A stretch of DNA of 64,000 bases from Schizochytrium sp. TIO01 (lineage: Eukaryota > Protista > Bigyra: Labyrinthulomycetes), in NCBI GenBank assembly GCA_004764695.1, contig SMSO01000007.1:1805270-1869269 (forward strand), given 5' to 3'. The position numbers were made by a program, and so were the translations under genes. Position 1 is the first letter of the stretch. Every line of letters begins with the position of its first letter. The notes below the pieces were generated by a model. That model was not told the origin of the DNA, did not search any database, and saw only the letters and a list, made by a program, of their open reading frames with translations. Positions 1 to 10,209 of the stretch are shown here, piece by piece.

Positions 1-235
1 TATTTACAAGCGTCTCTTCCGGATCTTCGCCATCATGTACCACAGGCACTTCCACGTCTTCGAAGAGCTCGAAGCACAGGCACACCTTAACACCTGCTTC
101 AAGCACTTTCTGTTCTTTTGCCTGCGCTACGACCTCGTTGAGGACAAGGAGCTCCTTGCACTTGAGGGCCCCGTGAAGCGTCTTAAGCAGGAGTACAAGG
201 ACCAGGAGCTTGAGGGCGAGCACGTGATGGATTAG
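1..235 (+). CDS. MOB1: MOB kinase activator (MOB1/phocein family), 3' end only; 5' part lies outside the window
   Basis: Frame from nt 2 reads IYKRLFRIFAIMYHRHFHVFEELEAQAHLNTCFKHFLFFCLRYDLVEDKELLAL, matching the MOB1 C-terminal signature (KRLFR..aHiYh.HF...EAHLNT.FKHF..F). Stop TAG at 233-235. Confidence 0.9.
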   Translation, partial: IYKRLFRIFAIMYHRHFHVFEELEAQAHLNTCFKHFLFFCLRYDLVEDKELLALEGPVKRLKQEYKDQELEGEHVMD

Positions 236-1094
236 ATCATAACCCGGCCGGACCCAATCTTAGAGTCATCATCCCATTGCAGGCTTCTGCAACACTGCCC
301 ACCTCTTCGCGGCGGATTTCCTCCTCGCCCTTGATATACTTATCACCACTGCGGCTCCTGTTGATTTCTCCTAAGTACTAGAGATCCGTCTTCCTCTTTT
401 GTTGACCTCCAAAGATGTAAAAGTCTCAAATCGAAAAGAGCATACATCGAAGAAAGGAGGAGCACGGATTGCTCCGCTGTCATCCTGTCCCTTGGCTGTG
501 CGCGCCTCTGCCTCTTTACCCAAGAAATACGCGCCCCAGTCGGCGACTTTTTGTTGTGTCCCCCCTACTGCATGAACTTTTCCAAAAAAAAAAATGGCGT
601 TGTATAAATGCTGCCTTGCGATTGATTGACTTTCGTGACTAAAAATCATTTTTTGTTTAATCTCACTCCAATCTTTCCCTAATTTCGATACATGTCTTAT
701 TGGAAAAGAGTTTGAAGGTGATTCCTGGTCTCTTGTATGTCTTGATGATTATTAGCAGGTTTAGTAGGAGAAGTTGCATATATGGGGAAGCAAATCCTTC
801 AGAAAAAAATAAAAAATCAAGATACAGAACTCAACGTCAACATAGAAGTTGAACAAGATCAAAGACCAACAGATGCAAGGTTAATTTCAATATTCTGAGT
901 GAATAGACTGGCTTAAACGGGCCAACTTTTGGCACCTCCCCAAAATATCACATTCACATTGCTTCGCCAATGTTTTTGTTTGTACTATGGAAACATAGCT
1001 TCACAAAAAATCATTGTCCAGCAGAGAAAATAACAAGTGCAACGAAAATATGAAAACGATCAAGCAAAAGGTGGGACAGGAAATGTAAGAAAGT

Positions 1095-2333
1095 TTAGCT
1101 GGAGTACATGAAGACAGGGTTGTCAATGGTCATGACACGGTCCTCCTCTTCGCAATGCTGGCGAATCTCCTTGGGGAGGCCAGTGAGACCACGGAAGGCC
1201 GTACCATCGAGGAAGCGCATGCCCTTCATGCCGCCCTTGATGCGCTTCTCAATCTCCTGGTTAAACTCATCAACGTCACGGTTGAGAGCGGCCTTCTTGG
1301 CCTCAGCAGCGTCACCCTCAGCAGCAAAGGCAAGGTTGAAGCCCCAGTTGCAGCCGAAGGAGGGCACGTCAACAGCGTACGGGATGACGACATCGAAGGC
1401 AGATCTCAGGGTGCTGTGGATGACAGTGAAGCACTCCTCCTTAGCGTTGTAGACGGCTCCGGGACCAGACTGAGTCACGAAGATACCACCGGGGTTAAGC
1501 TTGGTCTGAACAAAGTTGTAGAACTCGTTGGTGTACAGCTTGTAGCCAGGGCCAGCCTCGATCGGGTCGCAGATATCCATGATAACAATGTCAAAGGTCT
1601 CGTCAGTGTCCTCAAGCCACTGCTTAGCGTCCTGGTAGAAGACTTCGAAGCGGGAATCCTCGTAAGCACCACCGTTCCACTCGGGGAGCTGCTCGCGGCA
1701 GATATCACAGGCAACCTCATCAATATCAACCATGACACAGCGTTCGACACTCTCGTGGCGCAGGACCTCGCGGGCGGTGGCGAACTCACCACCACCACCG
1801 ATGAAGACCTTCTTGGGGTTCTTGTGCAAGAGCATGGCAGGGTGCACGAGGGACTCGTGGTAGATGTGCTCGTCAGCCTCAGCGCTCTGCGTCTGGCCGT
1901 CCATAACAAGGGTGCGTCCGAACTGGTTGGTGCGAATGACCTGAACACGCTGGAATGAAGACCGGGCATCAAAGCTAATTTCCTGAAGGGCGAGCTCCAC
2001 GCGGAAGACCTCGGTGAGGCCCTCCTTGAACCAGAAGGCTTCACGCTCCTCGGCACGCTCCTCGTCGCTGGTGGTTACGGTGTTGCCATCCTCGGGGGCC
2101 TTGGGGGCGGGGGTGGACTTGGCGCAGCAAGAAGAAGAAGAAGAAGAAGAAGTAGCGGGAGAGGCCGAAGGGGCGAAGGGGCACTTCTTCTTTTGGATGC
2201 TGCCAAAGAGACACTGGCTGAAGGTCTTACCCTGGAAGACGCTGCGGACGTGGCCAGCCACGAAGATGCCAAACACGAGGCCGGCAGCGACGCCGACGGC
2301 CAGCTGGGAGTTGACTTGAACGCGGACCTCCAT
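1095..2333 (-). CDS. Polyamine aminopropyltransferase, thermospermine synthase (ACL5)-like, with N-terminal hydrophobic segment and Ser-rich linker
   Basis: 412-aa ORF with strongly GC3-biased codons. Motifs: FGRTLVMDGQTQSAEADEHIYHESLVHPAM, VFIGGGGEFATAREVLRH, MVDID, IMDICDPIEAGPGYKLYT, LNPGGIFVTQSGP. The DxxDPxExGPxxxLYT form resembles ACL5 more than canonical SpeE. Confidence 0.9.
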   Translation of the reverse strand: MEVRVQVNSQLAVGVAAGLVFGIFVAGHVRSVFQGKTFSQCLFGSIQKKKCPFAPSASPATSSSSSSSCCAKSTPAPKAPEDGNTVTTSDEERAEEREAFWFKEGLTEVFRVELALQEISFDARSSFQRVQVIRTNQFGRTLVMDGQTQSAEADEHIYHESLVHPAMLLHKNPKKVFIGGGGEFATAREVLRHESVERCVMVDIDEVACDICREQLPEWNGGAYEDSRFEVFYQDAKQWLEDTDETFDIVIMDICDPIEAGPGYKLYTNEFYNFVQTKLNPGGIFVTQSGPGAVYNAKEECFTVIHSTLRSAFDVVIPYAVDVPSFGCNWGFNLAFAAEGDAAEAKKAALNRDVDEFNQEIEKRIKGGMKGMRFLDGTAFRGLTGLPKEIRQHCEEEDRVMTIDNPVFMYSS

Positions 2334-2378
2334 GATCTCGACGAGATGGGGAAGTCAGAAATCCACAAAGTGATTAAG

Positions 2379-2413
2379 GTTTGTTTGTTTGTCTGTTTGT
2401 TTGTTTGTCTGTC
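2379..2413. repeat. (TTTG/TCTG)n microsatellite just upstream of the aminopropyltransferase start codon
   Basis: gtttgtttgtttgtctgtttgtttgtttgtctgtct read directly. Confidence 0.85.
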
Positions 2414-4549
2414 TCTCCTTCGTCTGTTAAGCTCGTGGACCAGGACTGCTAGTGATACATAGTCTCCCGCGTAGTAGTCCCTGGTCTTCTCCATATCTGG
2501 TGGCTTTGCTCTGAAAAGGCATTTTTGATGGGTACGATGAGATGCTTTGGAGAAGAGAAACCCAGTCTTGCTCGTGCTAATGGCGATGATGGGCCTCGCT
2601 CGCGTCCCTGATTTCTTACGAGAGATTGCCGATGAAAACCAAAGTCTCCTCAAAGTGAAGGTATCGAACACGACTTGGGCGGAGCTGTAGGTGCTCGTTT
2701 TGTCATATGAGCGTAGAAGAAAAGTAGGCCTGGACCAGTGCTTTTTAATCCCAACTTCTTTACATAAATGGGGTAGTGCTTTCTTTCCACATCAGAGTCG
2801 TCACGTCCGAAGCTTTCTGTGACCAGAGATCTCAAGGTGCCTAAGCAGAGTCTCAAGCGTCAGCGGCTTCATCAGCTTGGAGCAGAGGGCCTGCTTAGAC
2901 TGCTCGTCTCTTTGAGTTGCCTTTATTTTCTGCTCTAGCCCTCTCATTGAACTAAGCATCAGGACGCCTCAGCTCCAATCAATCGCCAGAGGTGACAGAT
3001 CCCATTTGTCGTTCCCGCGAGGTACTGGATTCTGGATGGCGAGAGTCCCATGAATGTCAGAATGAGAAAGAGATTCTGAAGGTAGAAGGTAAGGTGAAAA
3101 GTGGAGAAAACCTGGAGAAGAAGACGATTCGAAAAGTGGAAAGTATCGAGATACAGAAGAAGTCGTCGTAGAGAATAAATAGTCCTGGTCTTGGAATACT
3201 AACCATGATGGACTGACTCACTGATAAAGCGGGATAGGATGTATATTCGATGAAAGGAGAAGAGATAAATCAGCCTGACAGGTTGAAGGAGATTGAGGAC
3301 TAAAGGACTTACGAATGGACACGATGCTTCTGGTAAGATTGGTCCAAGCCAATTGCAATCTAAAGTTAAATTTAAGTTCTAGTGCAAGAACATACATCTT
3401 TATGGTGATAAGGACCAATTCATTCCTAAATTTGCCGCACTTCTTATGTTAAGTTCTATGAATAAAATGCAAAACTGTAATTAAAGGAAAAACCAATACA
3501 TTACTGTGCTACTGTTGAACTCCATCGGGGCATCACAATTCCACAAAGTTTTCAAGTTTCAATCGATCGAAGGAGCCAAAGAGGTCAATGCTGACTTTTG
3601 GGTTCTAATTTTTGTCAGCTTAATTACACACCGTACCGACTCAAATGAAATCCCTCTTCATATGAATGCTTGCTCGTTTTCTTAAACTGCATGAGTTTCG
3701 AGCAATTGTATGCTTAGCCTTGTTTAAACTATCTTATAAAGTAAAGTTTGAGAGACTCGTGGTGAACGAACGTTTTTTTATTAATCTACAAACAGTTGAC
3801 CTTTATTAACTGTGAATATTATTTTAATTCTTGAAAAGCTACTCCTCACCTTTTTGGCCACTCATCAAAGCTTAGATGTTCCGCCCCTTTCGTGCAGACC
3901 TCCTTTTGTCTCCCTTTATCCATTCCGCTTTCCTCAGTGCGCTTGAAAGTTTCTTTTGGCTGTTACCAGCCGCATTACGATTGCCCCAATTGAAATATTG
4001 AGAAGATAAAAGATAGGTGCGAAAGCAGCGTTTATTTTGAATTAGGTGTAGCTATGTAATCTTAGTGATTGGCCAAGCTCTCGTTGAGCTTTCGAGGCGA
4101 CAAACTCACAATCTCCACAACCGAGCTTTCGCGCTTGGCGCGAGCAGGGAGAACCGCGAGGCGTCGTGGTGGACGTACATCGGGGTGCAAACCGCCTGCC
4201 GCGAGAGCGAGCAGCTCTGCAAGAGCACAGAGTGGTGTGCCGTTTACCGACAACTCAGATCTTCTGTTTAGCTTCTTCTTCGCCTTCAGGGTTAGGTGCG
4301 GCGGACTTCGTGCTTGTGCTCGTGACTTGTGAAAGAAGGGTCGCTTGCTCCACCTCGGTGACCTTTAGGAAAGGTCAAAAGAGTGGAATTGGTGAGCTCT
4401 GGAATCCTTGTGTTTGCAGGAGGGTTGATTTCTTGGAAAGCATAACATAGTAGCAACGAAGGCAGTTGTGTTCAGTCAAATCGTAGCTAGGGTCCAATAA
4501 AACTGTTGACGAAGGTAGATTAAACTTAACTTTAGGTTCTTAAGGCAGG

Positions 4550-7258
4550 ATGAGCAGTGCGCATGTTGTAGACGTGACCCATACACGGGAGTCTTTGCTA
4601 GGCGAGGAGGTTTTGGCTCTGTTCGACAAGAGATGTGGCCAGCTGATGATGAAGATCTTAGAGGAGCGCGAAGGTCCCGCACAGGCGAACCCTGATGATA
4701 GCGTCATTGAAATTGAGGCACGTACGGGTGTGAAGGAAAACAACAATTTCGTCCCTGGCGTTAGCAAATCTTTTTTTAGGAGCATGCTCGATTATTTCCT
4801 CAAAAAAGAGAAGAGTGGCACATGGCTTAGAGCTGACGATCGCTCTAAGAAAGTAGGATTTAAACACTCTGATCATGTAGATGTGACCTTTGAGGATGAT
4901 ATCAGGGTTACTGTGAAACTTATTCGGGACTCAAACGAAAGAGTCAGAGATATAGAGGTCCAGGAAGTGATTACGAAACGCAAACTTGGTAAACCAGTTG
5001 ACTTTGTTGTGCGGGCCCCACAGCACGGTGATAAAATTCATTTACGCATCGGAAACGCTGTTGAAGAACGTGTTGCAGAGAACTCATCCGCCTATTTAAC
5101 CCATGTCAAGGCTGCCAAGCGTGCGATCTTAGATGCTTTTAATGTATCTACGCGTGTAAAGGTCCTCGGGGGCATCGATCTCACCCTACGCAAAGAAGCT
5201 CCACCCGTATATCTATTCTTTCCTACGAATGGGGAATCGCTTGCTCGAGGACCCATGGGCTTTGATGATCCTTTGTATACGATGGCCTCTCGCCATGAAG
5301 ATATGCTTGATGTTCGCATTGCAGGCCAGTTAAAGTGGACACTTCTGCAACCTTCAAATTTGCCAGGCTGCAAGGGCCGGCCAGATGCAATCCTACGTGA
5401 CAAAAAGACACTAGACCCCAAAATCAACCTTACCAACCTTCCTGGTTGTATTGACCTTGGCCATGGTAATATGTACGCTGCTTATGCCTGTCAGTATATT
5501 ATTCGCGTCCCTCTCACAGATGTTTTGTGCGGCCACGGCAAGTTTGCGAAGGACACAGTTGTCGAGGAACCTGACATGGATGATGAGCGTGACATGCCGG
5601 CTGTTAAAGTGTTCCGTCGCAAGATTCGTTGGTCATTTGAGTTGAGACACAATCAGCATTTGGACATGACCGAGACGCGCCAATCTAGTAACCTCAATAC
5701 ACTCGATCATGAGACGCCAGTCTTTGAAGTTGAGCTCGAAAAAACACTGTCTTCGACGGGGTGTCGTAACAGGTCCCTCAACGAGCTTGCTGTTGATCTC
5801 CGTGCGCATACTCTCGCAGACGAGTTTCTGGTGGATATTGCAAGTCGCATTTATGGCCACGCGCTGCCTCCGCTTGCCTTAGATAAGGTACCCCGGCGCT
5901 GGCGTGATCAAGCTGAAAAGGATAAGACTCGCGTGAAAAGATTTGGTTCTGATCTTGAACAAGCCGATGAGCGCGCCAAGGATTCATATAAAGATGCTAT
6001 GCAACTTGATGCTCCTGAACTCGCCGACCAGAAAGGTACCGCTGGGTTTTACAATAAGCTCGACCGTTCTTCTGATGCAAAGCGCTGCGACAGTCTCATC
6101 TATCATTTGCGTTGCCTCAACAACTTTGTGAAAAATGTTGTTATTAAGGAAGCACTTGCTCGGTCCTTAGAAAACTCAGTTCGCGAACCCGGTAGTGGAA
6201 TCCATGTCCTTGATCTAGCGTGTGGTAAGGGAGCCGATATGCGTAAGATAATGAGTGCCGCTAAGTCACTGAAGGTCCGTATTGATCAATACGTAGGTGT
6301 GGATATTGCTCGCAACTCACTGGAAGATGCAGTGAGTCGCCTAGACTCGATGCCTGCAAAGCAACGCCCCAATTTTCGCATTCAATACGTGGAGGCTGAC
6401 CTCGGTCAACATTTTCTCAGTTCGGAGCCAGATAGCGAAAACGACTTCAAATTGCTGGAACAATGGGACAGTCAAACTCAAACTTGGACAAAACAACCAC
6501 CTAGTCGAACAATACCGTTGTCCAGTCGCTTTGATTTGGTAACGATGCAGTTTTCCATGCATTACATGTTTCAAAACTATGAACGTGCCCATCACTTTTT
6601 CTCTACACTCAGCCAGCATATGCGCCCTGGTAGTGTTTTCATCGCAACCACTGTATATGCGGATGAAATGGTAAGCAAGTTAATGCAAGCTGGCCCTGGC
6701 GAAACTTCATTCTCTATTAAGGATGGTTTTGGTGTTGAAACTTGCAGAGTTCAGTTTGACCCTAATTTTCTTTCTCAGTTTAAACCAGGCGATGTAGACG
6801 GCGATGCTAACATGGAAGATGCTGAGGCTAACAAACCTGATGAAATGATGGGAATTCGTTATACCTTTACATTGTTAGATGGTGAGTCTGATGATGCACA
6901 AGCTGTTAACGCTCCTGAATGGCTTGTCCCTCAGGCTTTGTTAGTAAAGGTTGCTACAGCTCACAATTTTAACCTTGTGCGATATGAACGCTTGCCCAAC
7001 TGCGCTTCTCGCCACATCAACTATGACGGAAATCGCTCGGATGCTCTGTATCGACACATGAATGTGCTTAATCATCGTGGCACAGTATCTGGTCCCGAGT
7101 GGGACATCGCGTCCCTCTATGTGGTTGTGGAGCTTCAGAAAGAGGAGAAACCAACACATGTGCGACAAGCTATTGCCCGCCTGAAAGAGCGCGTTGCAGA
7201 CTATAAGGATCTCTCCGCCGCAGAGAAACAGCGTCTGCTTGATAGCATTATGAAATAA
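4550..7258 (+). CDS. mRNA capping protein: N-terminal TTM/CYTH-type RNA 5'-triphosphatase fused to C-terminal cap guanine-N7 methyltransferase (RNMT/Abd1 type)
   Basis: 902-aa ORF. TTM motifs: EIEARTG (aa 54), RVT, TKRKL, HLRIGNAVEE, RRKIRWSF, LDMTET, FEVELE (aa 392). MTase motifs: IYHLRCLNNFVKNVVI, VLDLACGKGAD, YVGVDIA, FDLVTMQFSMHYMF, PEWLV, GTVSGPEWDIASLY. Confidence 0.9.
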   Translation: MSSAHVVDVTHTRESLLGEEVLALFDKRCGQLMMKILEEREGPAQANPDDSVIEIEARTGVKENNNFVPGVSKSFFRSMLDYFLKKEKSGTWLRADDRSKKVGFKHSDHVDVTFEDDIRVTVKLIRDSNERVRDIEVQEVITKRKLGKPVDFVVRAPQHGDKIHLRIGNAVEERVAENSSAYLTHVKAAKRAILDAFNVSTRVKVLGGIDLTLRKEAPPVYLFFPTNGESLARGPMGFDDPLYTMASRHEDMLDVRIAGQLKWTLLQPSNLPGCKGRPDAILRDKKTLDPKINLTNLPGCIDLGHGNMYAAYACQYIIRVPLTDVLCGHGKFAKDTVVEEPDMDDERDMPAVKVFRRKIRWSFELRHNQHLDMTETRQSSNLNTLDHETPVFEVELEKTLSSTGCRNRSLNELAVDLRAHTLADEFLVDIASRIYGHALPPLALDKVPRRWRDQAEKDKTRVKRFGSDLEQADERAKDSYKDAMQLDAPELADQKGTAGFYNKLDRSSDAKRCDSLIYHLRCLNNFVKNVVIKEALARSLENSVREPGSGIHVLDLACGKGADMRKIMSAAKSLKVRIDQYVGVDIARNSLEDAVSRLDSMPAKQRPNFRIQYVEADLGQHFLSSEPDSENDFKLLEQWDSQTQTWTKQPPSRTIPLSSRFDLVTMQFSMHYMFQNYERAHHFFSTLSQHMRPGSVFIATTVYADEMVSKLMQAGPGETSFSIKDGFGVETCRVQFDPNFLSQFKPGDVDGDANMEDAEANKPDEMMGIRYTFTLLDGESDDAQAVNAPEWLVPQALLVKVATAHNFNLVRYERLPNCASRHINYDGNRSDALYRHMNVLNHRGTVSGPEWDIASLYVVVELQKEEKPTHVRQAIARLKERVADYKDLSAAEKQRLLDSIMK

Positions 7259-7809
7259 AGTGTGGACGATACTAGTTTATGAAGATCGTAAATGAGAATT
7301 GAAAAGGAAACTTATTATTAAAGCGGGGCTTGATTTTTGCCGACGACGCTATCTTTACTGTTCATGTCAATCTTCGTTTGTAAAACAAAACAAATTAAAG
7401 TTAAAATTAAGGATCCTCCAGTCCGTTTTATTTTCTTAACCACAGAATTCATTTCTAGAAACTTTAGGTGGGTCTAATTCTCGCGCTGATTTTGAGCTGT
7501 GGTGTGGTGTGTTGTTTTTCCTCTGTCCTTGAACAAGATATAACTTGTGAATGTCTTTTCAATTTTGTATAGTTGAAGAAGCCCTAGGTATTGATTTCTT
7601 TTGTTTAAAGTCAAATACATATCTCTTCCTCTCTATATATAGATTAGTACAGTCTACGAAAGTGTGCGCTAAAATTTGGTAATTATGCCCAGTTTCAGTA
7701 TAAAGTCTGACTAAATAAGCTTTGCTTACATGAATTTTATATGAGATAACAGGATATTAAGGTGATCAGATGATTGGTTCTATGCTGAAGAGTTTCTCGT
7801 TAAAAAAAA

Positions 7810-10209
7810 TCATGCCATTACCGAAAAGGCTAAGGACTGAAACTGAAGGTCAATGCGCTGGTGTTGGGTATCATCAATTCTCAATTCTTCAAGAGCGACA
7901 GGAAGCCATCTGAGTTTTGCCAACTCTAGCGGAGGAAGCTGAAGAGCCCCACGAAGAAATATCTTACGTAAAGAAAAGTGACTTCGCATGCTGAAGAGTT
8001 TAGAAATCTTGGAGCACCATGAAAGATCTACTACTTCGAGTGACGTGCAGTCTTCAAGAGGACTTACATCATGGATGCCACTACACATGGTTAAATAAAC
8101 TTCACGCAAATTGCGACAAGACCGAAGAATTTCAATACTGCGGAGCTGTACACAGCGCTTAATATCTAAATAGACTAGAGATTTGGCACAAGCTGCAAGG
8201 CCCGAGAGATCCATTAAACGCACGCCACTTCGAATTGTCACACGCTCCAGTATACATGAGGAATCGAAGTGTGGGAGAGACGTAAGACTCCCATTCGCTG
8301 AGAGATCCAACGTACGGCAACGTTTGGCGCGAACAACTGGCTCAAATGCTGAAAGTTTTAGGCTGCCCGACAGAACAAGGGTGTGCAAATCGCGAAAACA
8401 TGGAGAACTTACGGACGTGAGTGCACTGCAGCCCTTAAGTGTAAAGGAGCGCAGCCCGCAACCTCCTCCTTGGTGTGTCCACGAGAGATTTGTCAGTGAA
8501 CGACACTCCACTAATGTGAGATAGTCGAGCCGCGAGAAGACTGCAAGTCGCGGCATTTTTTCTACGCGTTTGGCCTGCATGATTGAAAGATGACGTAGCG
8601 CATTCCCAGGGGCAAGGGCCTCAAGGCTTATTAAAGATTTACCTTGAAATTGGCGGATCTCCAATTCTCTCAATTTTGGCAGAAGAGGAAAACTGGTCAT
8701 TATGGTATCGTCAATTTCATCTTTGTTAGTTTGGAACGTCAACGTTAGGTGGCGCAAGTTTTCAAGACGCGTAAAAACTTGCGTATCAAAGGCCTCACCC
8801 ACGGTTGTCTCAAGTTTCTGTAAGTGTCGAAAACTTCTCGTGAGATCACAAATGGAGGTTAATCGAAGACGGATGCCTTCCAGGATAAGACTTCGACAAT
8901 GTGAGATTCCCATCCCGGCAGGAAAGGTGTCAAGGGTCCAAATTCCGACTGGGACGGTTATGTGTACAGAATCAATCTTTGTCAGGTAGCGGAGATGCAC
9001 AAGAGTACTATCTGAGTCACGATGGCTCGGCGGAAGCTTGAGCCGTCGAAAATTAATTCTAAGACTCATCATTCCAGGGGCCCAACATTTATGCTCGAGA
9101 ATCTCACGTGGGTGCCCTTCAACGGCCCAGAGATCTAAATACATAGTTTCAAGGCCAGCGCAGCCTTTTGCGAATTTGCAAAAGCCGGCTGTGCATGACG
9201 CAGTGACAAGTTCACATGAGGTCATCTTGAATGAACGTAAACGCGGATTTCCTGGGCCGAAGCGCTCTACTTTGGCATCGTGCAACGTAAAAGAGTGTAG
9301 ATTCGGTAAGCTATTGAGAAAGGTCAGGTCGACCACAGTGCCATTCCCGAGTAATGTGAGCCTTTGAAGCGTCTTCATCGCCGCAAGCGTTTCTGCAGCA
9401 AGTAACCAATCGCTTTCAATATCCACAGATAGAGCTAGAAGGTTCGGAAACTTTTCCTGTCGTAACTCCGCAAGCGCGCTTCGTGAGCATCCATGGAACT
9501 GTAGATTTCTCAGTTCGCCAAAGTCCTTCGCCATAGCTACCAAACTGTGAATTTTATGTCCCTTTTGGCACGCGATCCACAGTGTATCCATTCGCTCGCC
9601 TGCCATGAATTTATCAAGAATTCCTTGAAGTTGTTCCTTCGTAAGATCAATAGTTACGTCCGTAATTTTAAGTTTTCGTGCGATCGCTGCCGCTTGATCA
9701 GTCACAACTCCGAGTTGTGAGATTGCAGCCTGTGCAAAACGCAAATCCTCAGCGCAAGGGAACCTTTTTGCAAGTGCCGCAAGCTGAGTAGGTCGCAACA
9801 TTCTCATATGATTTATGACCAAAGACTGCACATGTGGCTCGGCTTCGTCACGAGACGATTCTGGGAAGCGCGCCAGTGAGAGTCTTCCTGTAGATCTTGG
9901 AATGTATGACACGCTGCCATCAGCATGACGCTGCTCCACCGCGGCACCCTCGAGGCCATCGACAACTCTCCCACGCACAACTGCGTTTGGGCCAAGACCA
10001 GCTGCCTCTTGACGCCACGAGCTACCACTGCGAGAGCCGGGGTATCGAGCTCGAGCTCGGATCTCCTGAATGGGTGTGAGCCAGATCTCGAGAGGCTCGC
10101 GATCTAAGTCGCGACGAAGACTCTGGCAAGTGCAACGAAGAGCTCGCAATCCTTCAAGGCTGACGAAGGGAGCCACGCTAATGGCGACATCCTCAAGGCA
10201 ACGTGGCAT
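7810..10209 (-). CDS. F-box / leucine-rich repeat protein
   Basis: 799-aa ORF. N-terminal F-box-like segment (LEDVAISVAPFVSLEGLRALRCTCQSLRR) and many LRR units (LxxLxLxxCxxL; e.g. LVYLDIKRCVQLRSI, LEVVDLSWCSKI). Confidence 0.8.
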   Translation of the reverse strand: MPRCLEDVAISVAPFVSLEGLRALRCTCQSLRRDLDREPLEIWLTPIQEIRARARYPGSRSGSSWRQEAAGLGPNAVVRGRVVDGLEGAAVEQRHADGSVSYIPRSTGRLSLARFPESSRDEAEPHVQSLVINHMRMLRPTQLAALAKRFPCAEDLRFAQAAISQLGVVTDQAAAIARKLKITDVTIDLTKEQLQGILDKFMAGERMDTLWIACQKGHKIHSLVAMAKDFGELRNLQFHGCSRSALAELRQEKFPNLLALSVDIESDWLLAAETLAAMKTLQRLTLLGNGTVVDLTFLNSLPNLHSFTLHDAKVERFGPGNPRLRSFKMTSCELVTASCTAGFCKFAKGCAGLETMYLDLWAVEGHPREILEHKCWAPGMMSLRINFRRLKLPPSHRDSDSTLVHLRYLTKIDSVHITVPVGIWTLDTFPAGMGISHCRSLILEGIRLRLTSICDLTRSFRHLQKLETTVGEAFDTQVFTRLENLRHLTLTFQTNKDEIDDTIMTSFPLLPKLRELEIRQFQGKSLISLEALAPGNALRHLSIMQAKRVEKMPRLAVFSRLDYLTLVECRSLTNLSWTHQGGGCGLRSFTLKGCSALTSVSSPCFRDLHTLVLSGSLKLSAFEPVVRAKRCRTLDLSANGSLTSLPHFDSSCILERVTIRSGVRLMDLSGLAACAKSLVYLDIKRCVQLRSIEILRSCRNLREVYLTMCSGIHDVSPLEDCTSLEVVDLSWCSKISKLFSMRSHFSLRKIFLRGALQLPPLELAKLRWLPVALEELRIDDTQHQRIDLQFQSLAFSVMA

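Noticed and set aside
1108-2462. Long + strand ORFs antisense to the aminopropyltransferase (likewise 38894-39757 antisense to GAD and 62652-63716 antisense to NNT)
   Set aside because: Shadow ORFs produced by strong GC3 codon bias of the real gene on the opposite strand.
4550-7258. Capping gene as an endogenous giant-virus insertion
   Set aside because: The MTase half follows the cellular RNMT/Abd1 pattern, composition matches neighbouring host genes and no other viral hallmark gene is adjacent. A viral origin of the TPase half alone is not excluded.
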